A DNA stretch of 57,714 nt from Minisyncoccota bacterium (GTDB lineage: Bacteria; Patescibacteriota; Minisyncoccia; Phycocordibacterales; UBA9973), in contig DATGWJ010000020.1 of the NCBI GenBank assembly GCA_035299545.1, positions 1 to 57,714 of the forward strand, written 5' to 3'. Numbering within the stretch: position 1 is the stretch's first letter; the number at the start of each line of letters is the position of its first letter. The notes under the pieces were generated by a model. It was not told the origin of the DNA. It saw nothing but the letters and a program-made list of their open reading frames with translations, and did no database searches. A program made the translations under genes and the position numbers. This document shows, in pieces, positions 45,449-53,854 of this stretch.

Positions 45449-46792
45449 ATGCAAGATATAGATTTATCAAAAATTAAAAATATACATTTTATCGGAATCG
45501 GGGGGATTGGGATTTCGGCTATTGCTCGTATGATGTTCCACTATGGGAAGACAGTAACGGGGCAAGATATGAACGAAGGCGCAAATATAGATGAACTTCG
45601 TAAGATAGGTCTGTATATTATTACTGGGCAATCCTTTGATTTCATTCCGATAGGGACTGAGCTCATTGTTTATACAATTGCGATAGATACTTATGACCCA
45701 GAGCTTGCAAGTAGAATTAAAAAACAAACAAAGGTACCTGTGCTTTCATATCCGCAAATGCTTGAAATTATAAGTCGCGATAAATACACCGTAGCTGTCT
45801 CAGGTACACACGGCAAGACGACGACTACAGCGATGATTGCACATATATTATCCGATGCGAAGAAAGATCCGACTGTTATAGTTGGAAGTTTATTGATTCC
45901 TCCAAATGCCACCGTTGGACAAGCTGAAAGTAATTTCATTGCTGGCCGAAGTGAATACTTGGTAGTGGAAGCATGTGAGTACAGAAGGTCATTCTTAAAT
46001 ATTCACCCAAAAATTGTAGTGATTACAAATATTGATAATGAACACTTAGATTATTATAAAGACATTAAAGATATTAAAAGCGCTTTTCGGGAATTAGTAA
46101 CAAAAGTTCCTAAAGATGGATACGTGGTATGTAACCCTAACGATGAAAACATAAGTGATGTAGTGAAAGATATTCCAGCAAAAGTTGTAAGTTGGCAAGA
46201 TTACTATGTTGAAGATTTAAAATTAAGGATTCCTGGAAATCATAACAAGAAAAATGCTGCCGCAGCTATGGCTCTTGCTGCTATCCTCGGCGTTGACGTA
46301 GATTCATCAAAGAAGGCACTTCTGGAATTCCGCGGTACTTGGAAGCGCTTTGAATTTAAAGGTAAATTAAAACAAGGCACAATTGTTTACGATGATTACG
46401 CACATCATCCTACGGAAATAGTGGCAACACTGCAGGGCTTTCGGGAGCTATACCCAAAGAGTGAAGGATGGAAATTGACAGTTGTTTTTCAACCTCATTT
46501 GTTTTCCCGAACGAAACTACTATTGAATGATTTTGCAAAAAGTTTCGGAGAGGGAGATCAAGTGATAGTTCTGCCTATCTACTATGCTCGCGAAGAGAAT
46601 GACGGAAGTATTTCTTCTGATATTTTAGCTACAGAAATAAATAAAAATACAAATAATGCAAAATCAATCCATACATTCGAAGAAGCAGAGAAATATCTTT
46701 CAAGTGAAATATCTAATATGGGGCCAAAAGATATCATCATAACTATGGGTGCTGGTGAGGCATCAAAAGTAGGTGACTTCTTGCTTAAATAA
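45449..46792 (+). CDS. murC: UDP-N-acetylmuramate:L-alanine ligase
   Basis: HFIGIGGIGISAIA, VSGTHGKTTT, VVEACEY, DDYAHHPTE, FQPH, MGAG. Confidence 0.96.
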   Translation: MQDIDLSKIKNIHFIGIGGIGISAIARMMFHYGKTVTGQDMNEGANIDELRKIGLYIITGQSFDFIPIGTELIVYTIAIDTYDPELASRIKKQTKVPVLSYPQMLEIISRDKYTVAVSGTHGKTTTTAMIAHILSDAKKDPTVIVGSLLIPPNATVGQAESNFIAGRSEYLVVEACEYRRSFLNIHPKIVVITNIDNEHLDYYKDIKDIKSAFRELVTKVPKDGYVVCNPNDENISDVVKDIPAKVVSWQDYYVEDLKLRIPGNHNKKNAAAAMALAAILGVDVDSSKKALLEFRGTWKRFEFKGKLKQGTIVYDDYAHHPTEIVATLQGFRELYPKSEGWKLTVVFQPHLFSRTKLLLNDFAKSFGEGDQVIVLPIYYAREENDGSISSDILATEINKNTNNAKSIHTFEEAEKYLSSEISNMGPKDIIITMGAGEASKVGDFLLK

Positions 46793-46819
46793 TTATTAAT
46801 ATATGATACAATATTAATA

Positions 46820-47641
46820 ATGAAAAAATATTTTGTTTTTCTATTTATAGTTTTTACTTTTTTATCCCTTAATTTAAAAGTTTTTGCAGATGCTAGCTCT
46901 GGTTTTATTCCAGGGCAGATTTGGTATTCTAACGATAATTTAGTAGCAGGAGAGACTGTAAATATTCACACAGCTGTATGGAATGCTGAAAAGAATTCTA
47001 TATCAGTAAAAGTACAATTCTACGACAAAGATACTATCCTAGGCACTAGAGATATTGTACTGTCTTCTCTTGAGTTAAAAGATGTATACATCCCTTGGAA
47101 AGTAACATCTGGGGATCATACTATTTCTGCAAAAATTACTTCATCGGTGGTTACTATTTCAGGGAAGAAAGAAAATGTTACACTAGAACGTTCTTCAACA
47201 TCTAACGATAAGCAGTTTGTTCCTGTAGTAGCAAAAAATGAAAAGGGGCAAGAAGTAGAAAGTAGTATTGAGAACAAATTGGGAAATGCTGGAGAAAAAA
47301 TAAACGAAATGTTGCCTGAAGAAGTAAGTACTTTTATTAGTGACAAATTTGCTGTTGTAGAAAATTTCCGTGAAGAAAAGAGTGGCCAAGTAGACATAGC
47401 AAAAGAAAAAGCGAATAAAGAAATGGAAGTAATAAAAAGTAGAGAAAAGGAAAATGGCGGTAAGGTGGCCAGTGCAAGCACCGACACTATGAGTGCCACA
47501 GAAAAGCCGATTACATACATAAAGGTATTTTTATTTACTATTTTGTCTTTCATTTTAGCTAGTAAATTTATTTTCTATGGTCTTTTAATAATTATTCTAT
47601 TTCTTATTTTACGCTCTATTTATAGGCGGATAAGGGGTTAA
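46820..47641 (+). CDS. Secreted Ig/CARDB-like protein with C-terminal TM
   Basis: Signal peptide, beta-rich domain (GETVNIHTAVWN...PWKVTSGDHTISAKI), C-term hydrophobic helix. Confidence 0.65.
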   Translation: MKKYFVFLFIVFTFLSLNLKVFADASSGFIPGQIWYSNDNLVAGETVNIHTAVWNAEKNSISVKVQFYDKDTILGTRDIVLSSLELKDVYIPWKVTSGDHTISAKITSSVVTISGKKENVTLERSSTSNDKQFVPVVAKNEKGQEVESSIENKLGNAGEKINEMLPEEVSTFISDKFAVVENFREEKSGQVDIAKEKANKEMEVIKSREKENGGKVASASTDTMSATEKPITYIKVFLFTILSFILASKFIFYGLLIIILFLILRSIYRRIRG

Positions 47642-47684
47642 TAGCTCATTTGTAAACATAAGCTTTTTAAAGTATACTTTGATA

Positions 47685-47948
47685 ATGAAAAGGGCTGTTT
47701 TTGACGTTATTTTGTTTATTTCTGTCTTCACTTTTCCTTGGTGGATTAGTGTTTTACTCTTATTGGTTGGGATGTTTATTTTTAAAAACTTTTATGAATT
47801 TATCATTGCTAACGTCATAGTTTATTCTCTTCATGCAGTACCAGGGGACAGGCTTATCACATCACCGATATTTTATTCTCTCTTGGTTGTAATTATTTAC
47901 ATTGTTATTCAAATTATTAGAGATAATATTATTTTATATAAAAAATAA
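47685..47948 (+). CDS. Small membrane protein (likely start ATG 47685)
   Basis: 3 TM segments; TATACT 6 nt before the ATG; directly upstream of PBP2. Confidence 0.6.
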   Translation: MKRAVFDVILFISVFTFPWWISVLLLLVGMFIFKNFYEFIIANVIVYSLHAVPGDRLITSPIFYSLLVVIIYIVIQIIRDNIILYKK

Positions 47949-47949
47949 A

Positions 47950-49644
47950 ATGAGATTCCATGTCGGTCACAATCGAATAAAAAGGAATATTGATCCAGAT
48001 GAAATTTTTCTAGATTCAAAGAATTTACCAAATTTCAATACTCAGCAATTTGAAGGTAGACTAGAAAAACCAATTCCTAAAACTTCCATAATTAATATAG
48101 GTTTATTTTTTATTGTGGTAGCAGTTATTTTTATTATTCAGACCGTCAATTTACAAGTTGTAAAAGGTGAAGCATATTTTAAAAAAAGTGAAAATAATAC
48201 TCTAGAAAAGAAACCTATTTTTGCTGACAGAGGGCTTATATATGATCGTAATGGAGTCCTTCTTTCTTGGAATACATGGGACAAGGAAGATATAAATAAA
48301 TTGTCTTCTCCAAAAAGAACATATATAGATGAGCCAGGTTTCGGGCTTCTTTTAGGATATGTCAGTGCTCCAGCGAAAGATTCATCGGGGTTTTATTGGC
48401 AAGATAAATTTATTGGCAAAGACGGGGTAGAAAGTTATTTTAATGATAGGCTTACTGGAGAGAATGGAGAACGCATTACTGAGACAGACGTGAAAGGTGA
48501 AGTTCAATCCGAGAATATTGTCTTATTACCTAAAGCAGGGGAAGATCTTACACTTTCTATTGATGCGAAAATTCAAGCGAAAATGTATAAATCAATTTCC
48601 GAAATGGCGAAGAATGTCGGATTCCAAGGGGGGGCAGGAGCAATTATGGATATACATACAGGGGAGATATTGGCGCTTACTAGTTATCCGGAATACAATG
48701 GGAATATTTTATCGGAAGGTGAAGATAGTAAAACTATAAAAGGATATTTCTCTGATAAACGCAAAGTCTTTCTTAATAGAACTGTCTCAGGGCTTTATAG
48801 TCCAGGTTCTATTGTAAAACCATTCTTAGGATACGGAGCATTGGTTGAGAATGTCATTTCTCCAGTGAAAACAATTTTTTCTAACGGTTCTATTTCTATT
48901 CCTAATCCATATTTTCCAGATAAGAAATCTGTGTTCAAAGATCACGGTTCATTCGGCTATGTGGATATGAAGAAGGCTATTGCTGTTTCTTCCGACGTTT
49001 ACTTTTATGAAATTGGTGGAGGATTTGAAAGTCAGAAAGGATTAGGAATTGCAAACATAGATAAATATGCAAAAATTTTCGGAATCGGAGAAAAGACTGG
49101 AATTAATTTAAATGGAGAAAAGGATGGAACTATACCTACTCCTGAATGGAAAGCGAAAACATTCAAAGGTGATATATGGAGAATCGGAGATACTTATAAC
49201 ACTTCTATCGGTCAGTATGGTTTCCAAGTTACACCTCTCCAAATGGTCCGAGCTGTGGCTGGTATTGCAAGCATGGGAACATTTTATACTCCGCATATTA
49301 CACACAATGACAGTAATTTTGAGTCACAAAAGGAAGTTGTCGATGTAGATGAAAATATGATGAAGGTAATACATGAAGGAATGCGAATGGCAGTCACAGA
49401 AGGGACAGCCACAGCTTTGCATTTACCAAACATAGAAGTGGCAGCAAAGTCTGGTACGGCTCAGGTGGGAGTGGGGAATACAAATACCAACTCTTGGATT
49501 GTTGGATTTTTCCCTTATGATAATCCGAAATATTCTTTCGCTCTTGTTATGGAGCGTGGACCCAAAGAGGCCTCTGGAAATGCTACTCGCGTAATGAGTG
49601 AAGTCGTGGATTATATGAGTGTGTATACAGATTATTTAAAATAA
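47950..49644 (+). CDS. mrdA: Penicillin-binding protein 2 (class B; likely start ATG 47950)
   Basis: RGLIYDRNG, GKDGVE, SPGSIVKP (SxxK), SSDVYFY, KSGTAQ. Confidence 0.9.
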   Translation: MRFHVGHNRIKRNIDPDEIFLDSKNLPNFNTQQFEGRLEKPIPKTSIINIGLFFIVVAVIFIIQTVNLQVVKGEAYFKKSENNTLEKKPIFADRGLIYDRNGVLLSWNTWDKEDINKLSSPKRTYIDEPGFGLLLGYVSAPAKDSSGFYWQDKFIGKDGVESYFNDRLTGENGERITETDVKGEVQSENIVLLPKAGEDLTLSIDAKIQAKMYKSISEMAKNVGFQGGAGAIMDIHTGEILALTSYPEYNGNILSEGEDSKTIKGYFSDKRKVFLNRTVSGLYSPGSIVKPFLGYGALVENVISPVKTIFSNGSISIPNPYFPDKKSVFKDHGSFGYVDMKKAIAVSSDVYFYEIGGGFESQKGLGIANIDKYAKIFGIGEKTGINLNGEKDGTIPTPEWKAKTFKGDIWRIGDTYNTSIGQYGFQVTPLQMVRAVAGIASMGTFYTPHITHNDSNFESQKEVVDVDENMMKVIHEGMRMAVTEGTATALHLPNIEVAAKSGTAQVGVGNTNTNSWIVGFFPYDNPKYSFALVMERGPKEASGNATRVMSEVVDYMSVYTDYLK

Positions 49645-49647
49645 TTC

Positions 49648-49672
49648 TTTCGCAAGGACAGTCCTTGCGAAA
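49648..49672. repeat. Intergenic copy of the 25-nt palindrome
   Basis: TTTCGCAAGGACAGTCCTTGCGAAA, 3 nt after the mrdA stop. Confidence 0.9.
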
Positions 49673-49690
49673 ATGAGTCATTTTTTCTCT

Positions 49691-49719
49691 TTGACTTTTA
49701 ATGAAAAAATCGGTATTAT
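49691..49719 (+). promoter_or_regulatory. Promoter of greA-lysS (TTGACT-17-TATTAT)
   Basis: Direct reading. Confidence 0.6.
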
Positions 49720-49760
49720 AAGGGTATTACTAAGGATGAATTTTAAGCTTTAAATACTAT

Positions 49761-50225
49761 ATGGATGAAATAAATTATATAACAGAAGATAAGAAAAAGG
49801 ATTTAGAAGAAGAACTTAACCACCTAAAAACAGTAAGACGAAAAGAGATTTTAGAGTCACTAGAGGCAGCTCGTGCACTTGGTGATTTATCTGAAAATGC
49901 TGAATATCATCAAGCACGTGAAGACCAAGGTAAGACAGAAGACCGTATAAATCAGATAGAGCATATGCTGAAGTCATCTGTGGTTGTGAAGAAGCACTCT
50001 AGTGCTAGTGTTGAGATCGGAACTACTGTAACCGTAAGAAAGGAAAATTCTAAAGATACAGTTTGCTATAGTATAGTCGGGTCTGAAGAAGCTGATATGT
50101 CACTCAATAAAATTTCAAACAAATCACCATTAGGTGAAGCACTTTTTGGCAGAACAAAAGGAGATGTTGTATCTATCAAAACCCCTAAGGGTCTAGTCAA
50201 ATACACTCTTGTTGATATACAATAG
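49761..50225 (+). CDS. greA: Transcription elongation factor GreA
   Basis: ARALGDLSENAEY, IVGSEEAD, ISNKSPLGEAL. Confidence 0.97.
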   Translation: MDEINYITEDKKKDLEEELNHLKTVRRKEILESLEAARALGDLSENAEYHQAREDQGKTEDRINQIEHMLKSSVVVKKHSSASVEIGTTVTVRKENSKDTVCYSIVGSEEADMSLNKISNKSPLGEALFGRTKGDVVSIKTPKGLVKYTLVDIQ

Positions 50226-50230
50226 AGTAT

Positions 50231-51688
50231 ATGGCCTCAATCGAAGAACTACGCGACGCGCGAATTAAAAAGTTAGAAATATTAAAAGAACAAGGGCAAG
50301 ATCCGTACACTGCTCAGTCTTTTCGTACTCATACGATAAAAGAAGTTATAGATGGTTTCGAAATTCTTTCTAAGGATAATAAAGAAGTTACTATAGCTGG
50401 AAGAGTAATGTCTCTTCGAGGTCAAGGGGCGCTTATATTTTTCAATATTACAGATGGTAGTGACTCATTCCAAGGATTAATTAAGAAAGGAGAAATAGAA
50501 GATAATCTCTTTAAGCTTTTTGTTGATGCTATAGATATCGCTGACTTTATAGAAGTTACAGGTACTTTATTTAAAACTAAAACCGAACAACAAACGGTTC
50601 TTGTGAAGAGTTGGAGAATACTTACAAAAGCATTACAACCGCTTCCAGAGAAATGGCACGGTCTCCAAGATATAGAAGAAAAGTTTCGTAAAAGATATCT
50701 TGATATTCTCACTACCGATGAACTTAGAGAGCTTTTTGAAAAGAAAGCAAAATTCTGGGAAGTCACAAGAACGTTTATGAAAGAGCACGGCTTCCTTGAA
50801 GTAGAAACTCCAACTCTTGAAATTACAACAGGAGGAGCAGAAGCAAATCCATTCAAGACGCACCATAAAGATTTTGATGTTGATGTTTATCTTCGTATTT
50901 CAGTCGGAGAGCTTTGGCAGAAGCGCTTGATGTCGGCTGGTTTTCCTAAAACATTTGAAATCGGTAGAGTTTACAGGAATGAAGGAAGTAGTGCAGACCA
51001 TCTTCAAGAATTTACAAACATGGAATTCTACTGGGCTTATGCAAATTATAAAGATGGAATGAAACTCGCAGAAGAACTTTATCAAAAGATTGCGATGGAT
51101 GTCTTTGGGACAACTGTATTTGAGACAAGGGGACACAAGTTCGACCTTGCTGGTTCATGGCCTGTCATAGAATATCGCGAAGAAGTTTTGAAGCAGACTG
51201 GGATAGATGTATTAAAAGCAACAGAGAAAGAAATGAGTGATAAGCTCGATGAAATTCATATTAAATACGAAGGAAACAATCGTGAAAGATTAATGGATAC
51301 ACTTTGGAAATATTGCCGAAAGAATATTGCGGGTCCAGCATTTTTGATACATCATCCTAAATTAGTTTCTCCATTATCAAAAGCATGCGCTGATAATCCT
51401 GAATTGACAGAACGATTCCAAATTATTATCGCCGGAAGTGAAGTAGGGAATGGATTCTCTGAATTGAACGACCCTATTGACCAGCGAGCTCGATTTGAAA
51501 CACAACAGAAATTAATAGAAAAAGGGGACGAAGAAGCAATGATGCCAGAATGGGATTTCGTAGAAATGCTAGAACACGGTATGCCTCCAACTTGTGGTTT
51601 TGGATTCGGTGAGAGATTGTTCTCTTTTATGGTAGATAAACCAGTTCGTGAGACACAACTATTTCCACTAATGAAGCCAAAAGAGTAA
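50231..51688 (+). CDS. lysS: Lysyl-tRNA synthetase, class II
   Basis: FLEVETP, GGAEANPF, YRNEG...HLQEFT, TERFQ, NGFSELNDP, GMPPTCGFGFG. Confidence 0.97.
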   Translation: MASIEELRDARIKKLEILKEQGQDPYTAQSFRTHTIKEVIDGFEILSKDNKEVTIAGRVMSLRGQGALIFFNITDGSDSFQGLIKKGEIEDNLFKLFVDAIDIADFIEVTGTLFKTKTEQQTVLVKSWRILTKALQPLPEKWHGLQDIEEKFRKRYLDILTTDELRELFEKKAKFWEVTRTFMKEHGFLEVETPTLEITTGGAEANPFKTHHKDFDVDVYLRISVGELWQKRLMSAGFPKTFEIGRVYRNEGSSADHLQEFTNMEFYWAYANYKDGMKLAEELYQKIAMDVFGTTVFETRGHKFDLAGSWPVIEYREEVLKQTGIDVLKATEKEMSDKLDEIHIKYEGNNRERLMDTLWKYCRKNIAGPAFLIHHPKLVSPLSKACADNPELTERFQIIIAGSEVGNGFSELNDPIDQRARFETQQKLIEKGDEEAMMPEWDFVEMLEHGMPPTCGFGFGERLFSFMVDKPVRETQLFPLMKPKE

Positions 51689-51797
51689 GACTTAAAAATA
51701 TGTTTGAAATTTCTGAGTAGGTGTGGGCTCGCCGGAGCAAGCGGTGGCTTGCGGAGAGGGATAAGCGAAGAAATTTTAAATATATTTTGAAGTTTTA
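51686..51797 (+). repeat. Dispersed hairpin element, copy 4
   Basis: 29-bp outer stem beginning at the lysS stop codon; core nearly identical to copy 1. Confidence 0.9.
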
Positions 51798-51809
51798 ATT
51801 TTTAATAAA

Positions 51810-52020
51810 AAATAAAAAAGCCGTCTTTCCATGAAAGACGGCTTTTGGGTTCTTTAATATCTAAGAATGGTTCCATTTTCACTGCACTTTCGTATGGAAA
51901 ACAATGCTGGTTTCTGCTGAGGCTTTAGGCGCTCAACCTGTCATTGTCTTATTCTTAGACGGATTCGGCTACTTTTTCAATATTAGCCGGTAAATTAAAG
52001 AACTATATGTGGGAGATTTC
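51810..52020 (-). ncRNA. Candidate orphan structured non-coding RNA (~210 nt)
   Basis: Own promoter and terminator, no credible ORF, five nested stems. Confidence 0.6.
51816..51846 (-). terminator. Intrinsic terminator (probably bidirectional; stronger U-tract on minus strand)
   Basis: AAAAGCCGTCTTTC-CAT-GAAAGACGGCTTTT. Confidence 0.85.
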
Positions 52021-52026
52021 AGGGTT

Positions 52027-52055
52027 ATTCTAGTATAGATGCTAAATTAAGTCAA
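52027..52055 (-). promoter_or_regulatory. Promoter of the candidate ncRNA (TTGACT-17-TAGAAT)
   Basis: Near-consensus -35/-10 with 17-nt spacing. Confidence 0.75.
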
Positions 52056-52072
52056 ATTTTAAATTTTTTAAG

Positions 52073-52081
52073 TTATCCACA
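52073..52081 (+). promoter_or_regulatory. Consensus DnaA box upstream of the mraZ promoter
   Basis: TTATCCACA. Confidence 0.55.
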
Positions 52082-52086
52082 GTTAA

Positions 52087-52152
52087 GTGGGGTATTTTGT
52101 TTGTATTGTGGGTCAAAGTGGTTTATAATATAAGCAAGTGGGATATAGTGGG
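52087..52152 (+). promoter_or_regulatory. mraZ promoter (TTGTAT-17-TATAAT, 52101-52129) with MraZ-type GTGG(G) repeats
   Basis: GTGG(G/T) at 52087, 52108, 52118, 52138, 52148 (~10-bp phase), resembling known MraZ boxes. Confidence 0.75.
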
Positions 52153-52191
52153 AAATCAATTTTTAATCCATTTTTATCTCACAAAACATTT

Positions 52192-52626
52192 ATGCTTATT
52201 GGAGAATACACACATACACTTGATGATAAGAATAGAATGTCATTACCCGTTAAATTCCGAAAGGAGATGGGGAAGAGTGTTGTTGTTGCTCCAGGTTTAG
52301 ATAACTGTCTTTCTATCTTTACGACGAAAGAATGGCAGAAGGTTTCCGAAAAACTTTCTGACTCATCCATGCTCGCAAGTGATAATAGAAGTTTCTCGAG
52401 ATTTATATTTGGTCAAGCTGTGATAGCAGATGTAGACAGTAACGGACGAATATTAATCCCGGAAAATTTGAAGAATCGTTCAGGCCTTACAAGTAAGGTT
52501 GTGGTTATTGGCGTGCAAAATCGTGCAGAAATTTGGAATGAAAAGACATGGAATGATTACAAGAAGAAAGTAGAAACACAGGCAGATGCCCTCGCAGATA
52601 AATTAGGGCAAATAGGAGTTCTTTAA
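52192..52626 (+). CDS. mraZ: Division/cell-wall cluster regulator MraZ (start ATG 52192)
   Basis: MLIGEYTHTLDDKNRMSLPVKFR, DSNGRILIP, VIGVQNRAEIW. Confidence 0.96.
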   Translation: MLIGEYTHTLDDKNRMSLPVKFRKEMGKSVVVAPGLDNCLSIFTTKEWQKVSEKLSDSSMLASDNRSFSRFIFGQAVIADVDSNGRILIPENLKNRSGLTSKVVVIGVQNRAEIWNEKTWNDYKKKVETQADALADKLGQIGVL

Positions 52627-52627
52627 T

Positions 52628-53524
52628 ATGACACATATACCAGTTTTGAAAGATGAATCCATAAAAGGTCTTTCGATAAAAAAGGGAGATGTAATAGTGG
52701 ATGGCACACTAGGTGGAGGAGGACACACATTTGAAATAATAAAACTCTTCCATAAAGATGTGAAAATTATCGGCCTTGATCTAGACATTGATGCAAAGAA
52801 TCGTACGAAAGAAAAAATAGGTGATACGCCATCCTCATTTACTTTTGTGAATAGAGGTTTCCAAGATATCGATAAAGTTTTAAAGGATTTAGATATAGAA
52901 AAAGTCGATAAGATATTGCTTGACCTTGGAATCAGTTCGTTTCAATTAGAAGTAGCAGGAAGGGGATTCTCATTCTTAAAAGATGAACCACTTCTAATGA
53001 CTATGAGAAAAATAGAAATGGACGATATGGATTTAACTGCTCGCGATATTGTGAACACTTGGGATGAAGAAACATTAGCGAATATCATTTACGGTTTTGG
53101 AGAAGAAAAATATTCCAGAAAGATTGCAAAGAAAATTGTTGAACGAAGGAAAGAGAAAGAAATAGAAACAACTTTTGACCTTGTGAAGATTATCGATGAA
53201 GCAGTAGGGAAGAATTATAAAGGAATGCGGATTCATCCAGCGACAAGAACATTCCAAGCATTAAGAATAGCGACAAATAGTGAACTTTCAAATTTAGAGC
53301 AGGTTATAGAAAAAGGTTTTAACTGTCTATCTGCAGGTGGACGTATGGCAATAATTACTTTCCATAGTCTGGAAGACAGAATGGTGAAAAAAGCATTCGT
53401 AGAATTAAAAAAAGAAGGCAGAGCAAATATATTAACAAAAAAACCGATTACACCGAGTGAAGAAGAAATAAAATTAAATCCTCGCTCACGTAGCGCAAAA
53501 TTAAGATTAATAGAAAAAATATAA
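52628..53524 (+). CDS. rsmH: 16S rRNA m4C1402 methyltransferase
   Basis: HIPVL, DGTLGGGGH, DLGISSFQL, HPATRTFQALRI, ITFHSLEDR, RSRSAKLR. Confidence 0.97.
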   Translation: MTHIPVLKDESIKGLSIKKGDVIVDGTLGGGGHTFEIIKLFHKDVKIIGLDLDIDAKNRTKEKIGDTPSSFTFVNRGFQDIDKVLKDLDIEKVDKILLDLGISSFQLEVAGRGFSFLKDEPLLMTMRKIEMDDMDLTARDIVNTWDEETLANIIYGFGEEKYSRKIAKKIVERRKEKEIETTFDLVKIIDEAVGKNYKGMRIHPATRTFQALRIATNSELSNLEQVIEKGFNCLSAGGRMAIITFHSLEDRMVKKAFVELKKEGRANILTKKPITPSEEEIKLNPRSRSAKLRLIEKI

Positions 53525-53530
53525 AATATT

Positions 53531-53854
53531 ATGACAAAAGCAAAAGCAATTACAAATGATATAACACAAAATATAAACACACAAAAAACACTTTTGCGTA
53601 TTCTTATTATCGGTTCTGTTATGCTCTTTTCTGTATATATTTACTTAATAGGCTCTATTACATTCAATGTTATTGCCCGTAAGTCACTAGAAAATACTGA
53701 AGTTGAGCTTAAAAGTCGCGTAAATCAACTAGATTTAGCCTATTTAAGCAGCATCAATAAAATGGATAAGGAATATGCATTATCATTGGGTTTTGTGGAT
53801 GCAAATAATAATATCTTTGCATCACGTGATATTAATCATGTTGCTATTAGATAA
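53531..53854 (+). CDS. ftsL: FtsL-like cell division protein
   Basis: Position between rsmH and ftsI; one TM plus coiled coil. Confidence 0.65.
   Translation: MTKAKAITNDITQNINTQKTLLRILIIGSVMLFSVYIYLIGSITFNVIARKSLENTEVELKSRVNQLDLAYLSSINKMDKEYALSLGFVDANNNIFASRDINHVAIR

Noticed and set aside
51850-52005. Partial matches of the orphan RNA to glmS (AGCGCC), SRP (CAGG..AGCAG), c-di-AMP (GCCGAATCC) and group I P/Q motifs
   Set aside because: Each match is only 6-9 nt, and the required companion motifs, spacing or strand are missing.
52138-52191. Extended mraZ N-terminus from the ORF track (GTG start at 52138)
   Set aside because: It overlaps the MraZ boxes and lies just downstream of the -10; the conserved MLIGEY start is at 52192.
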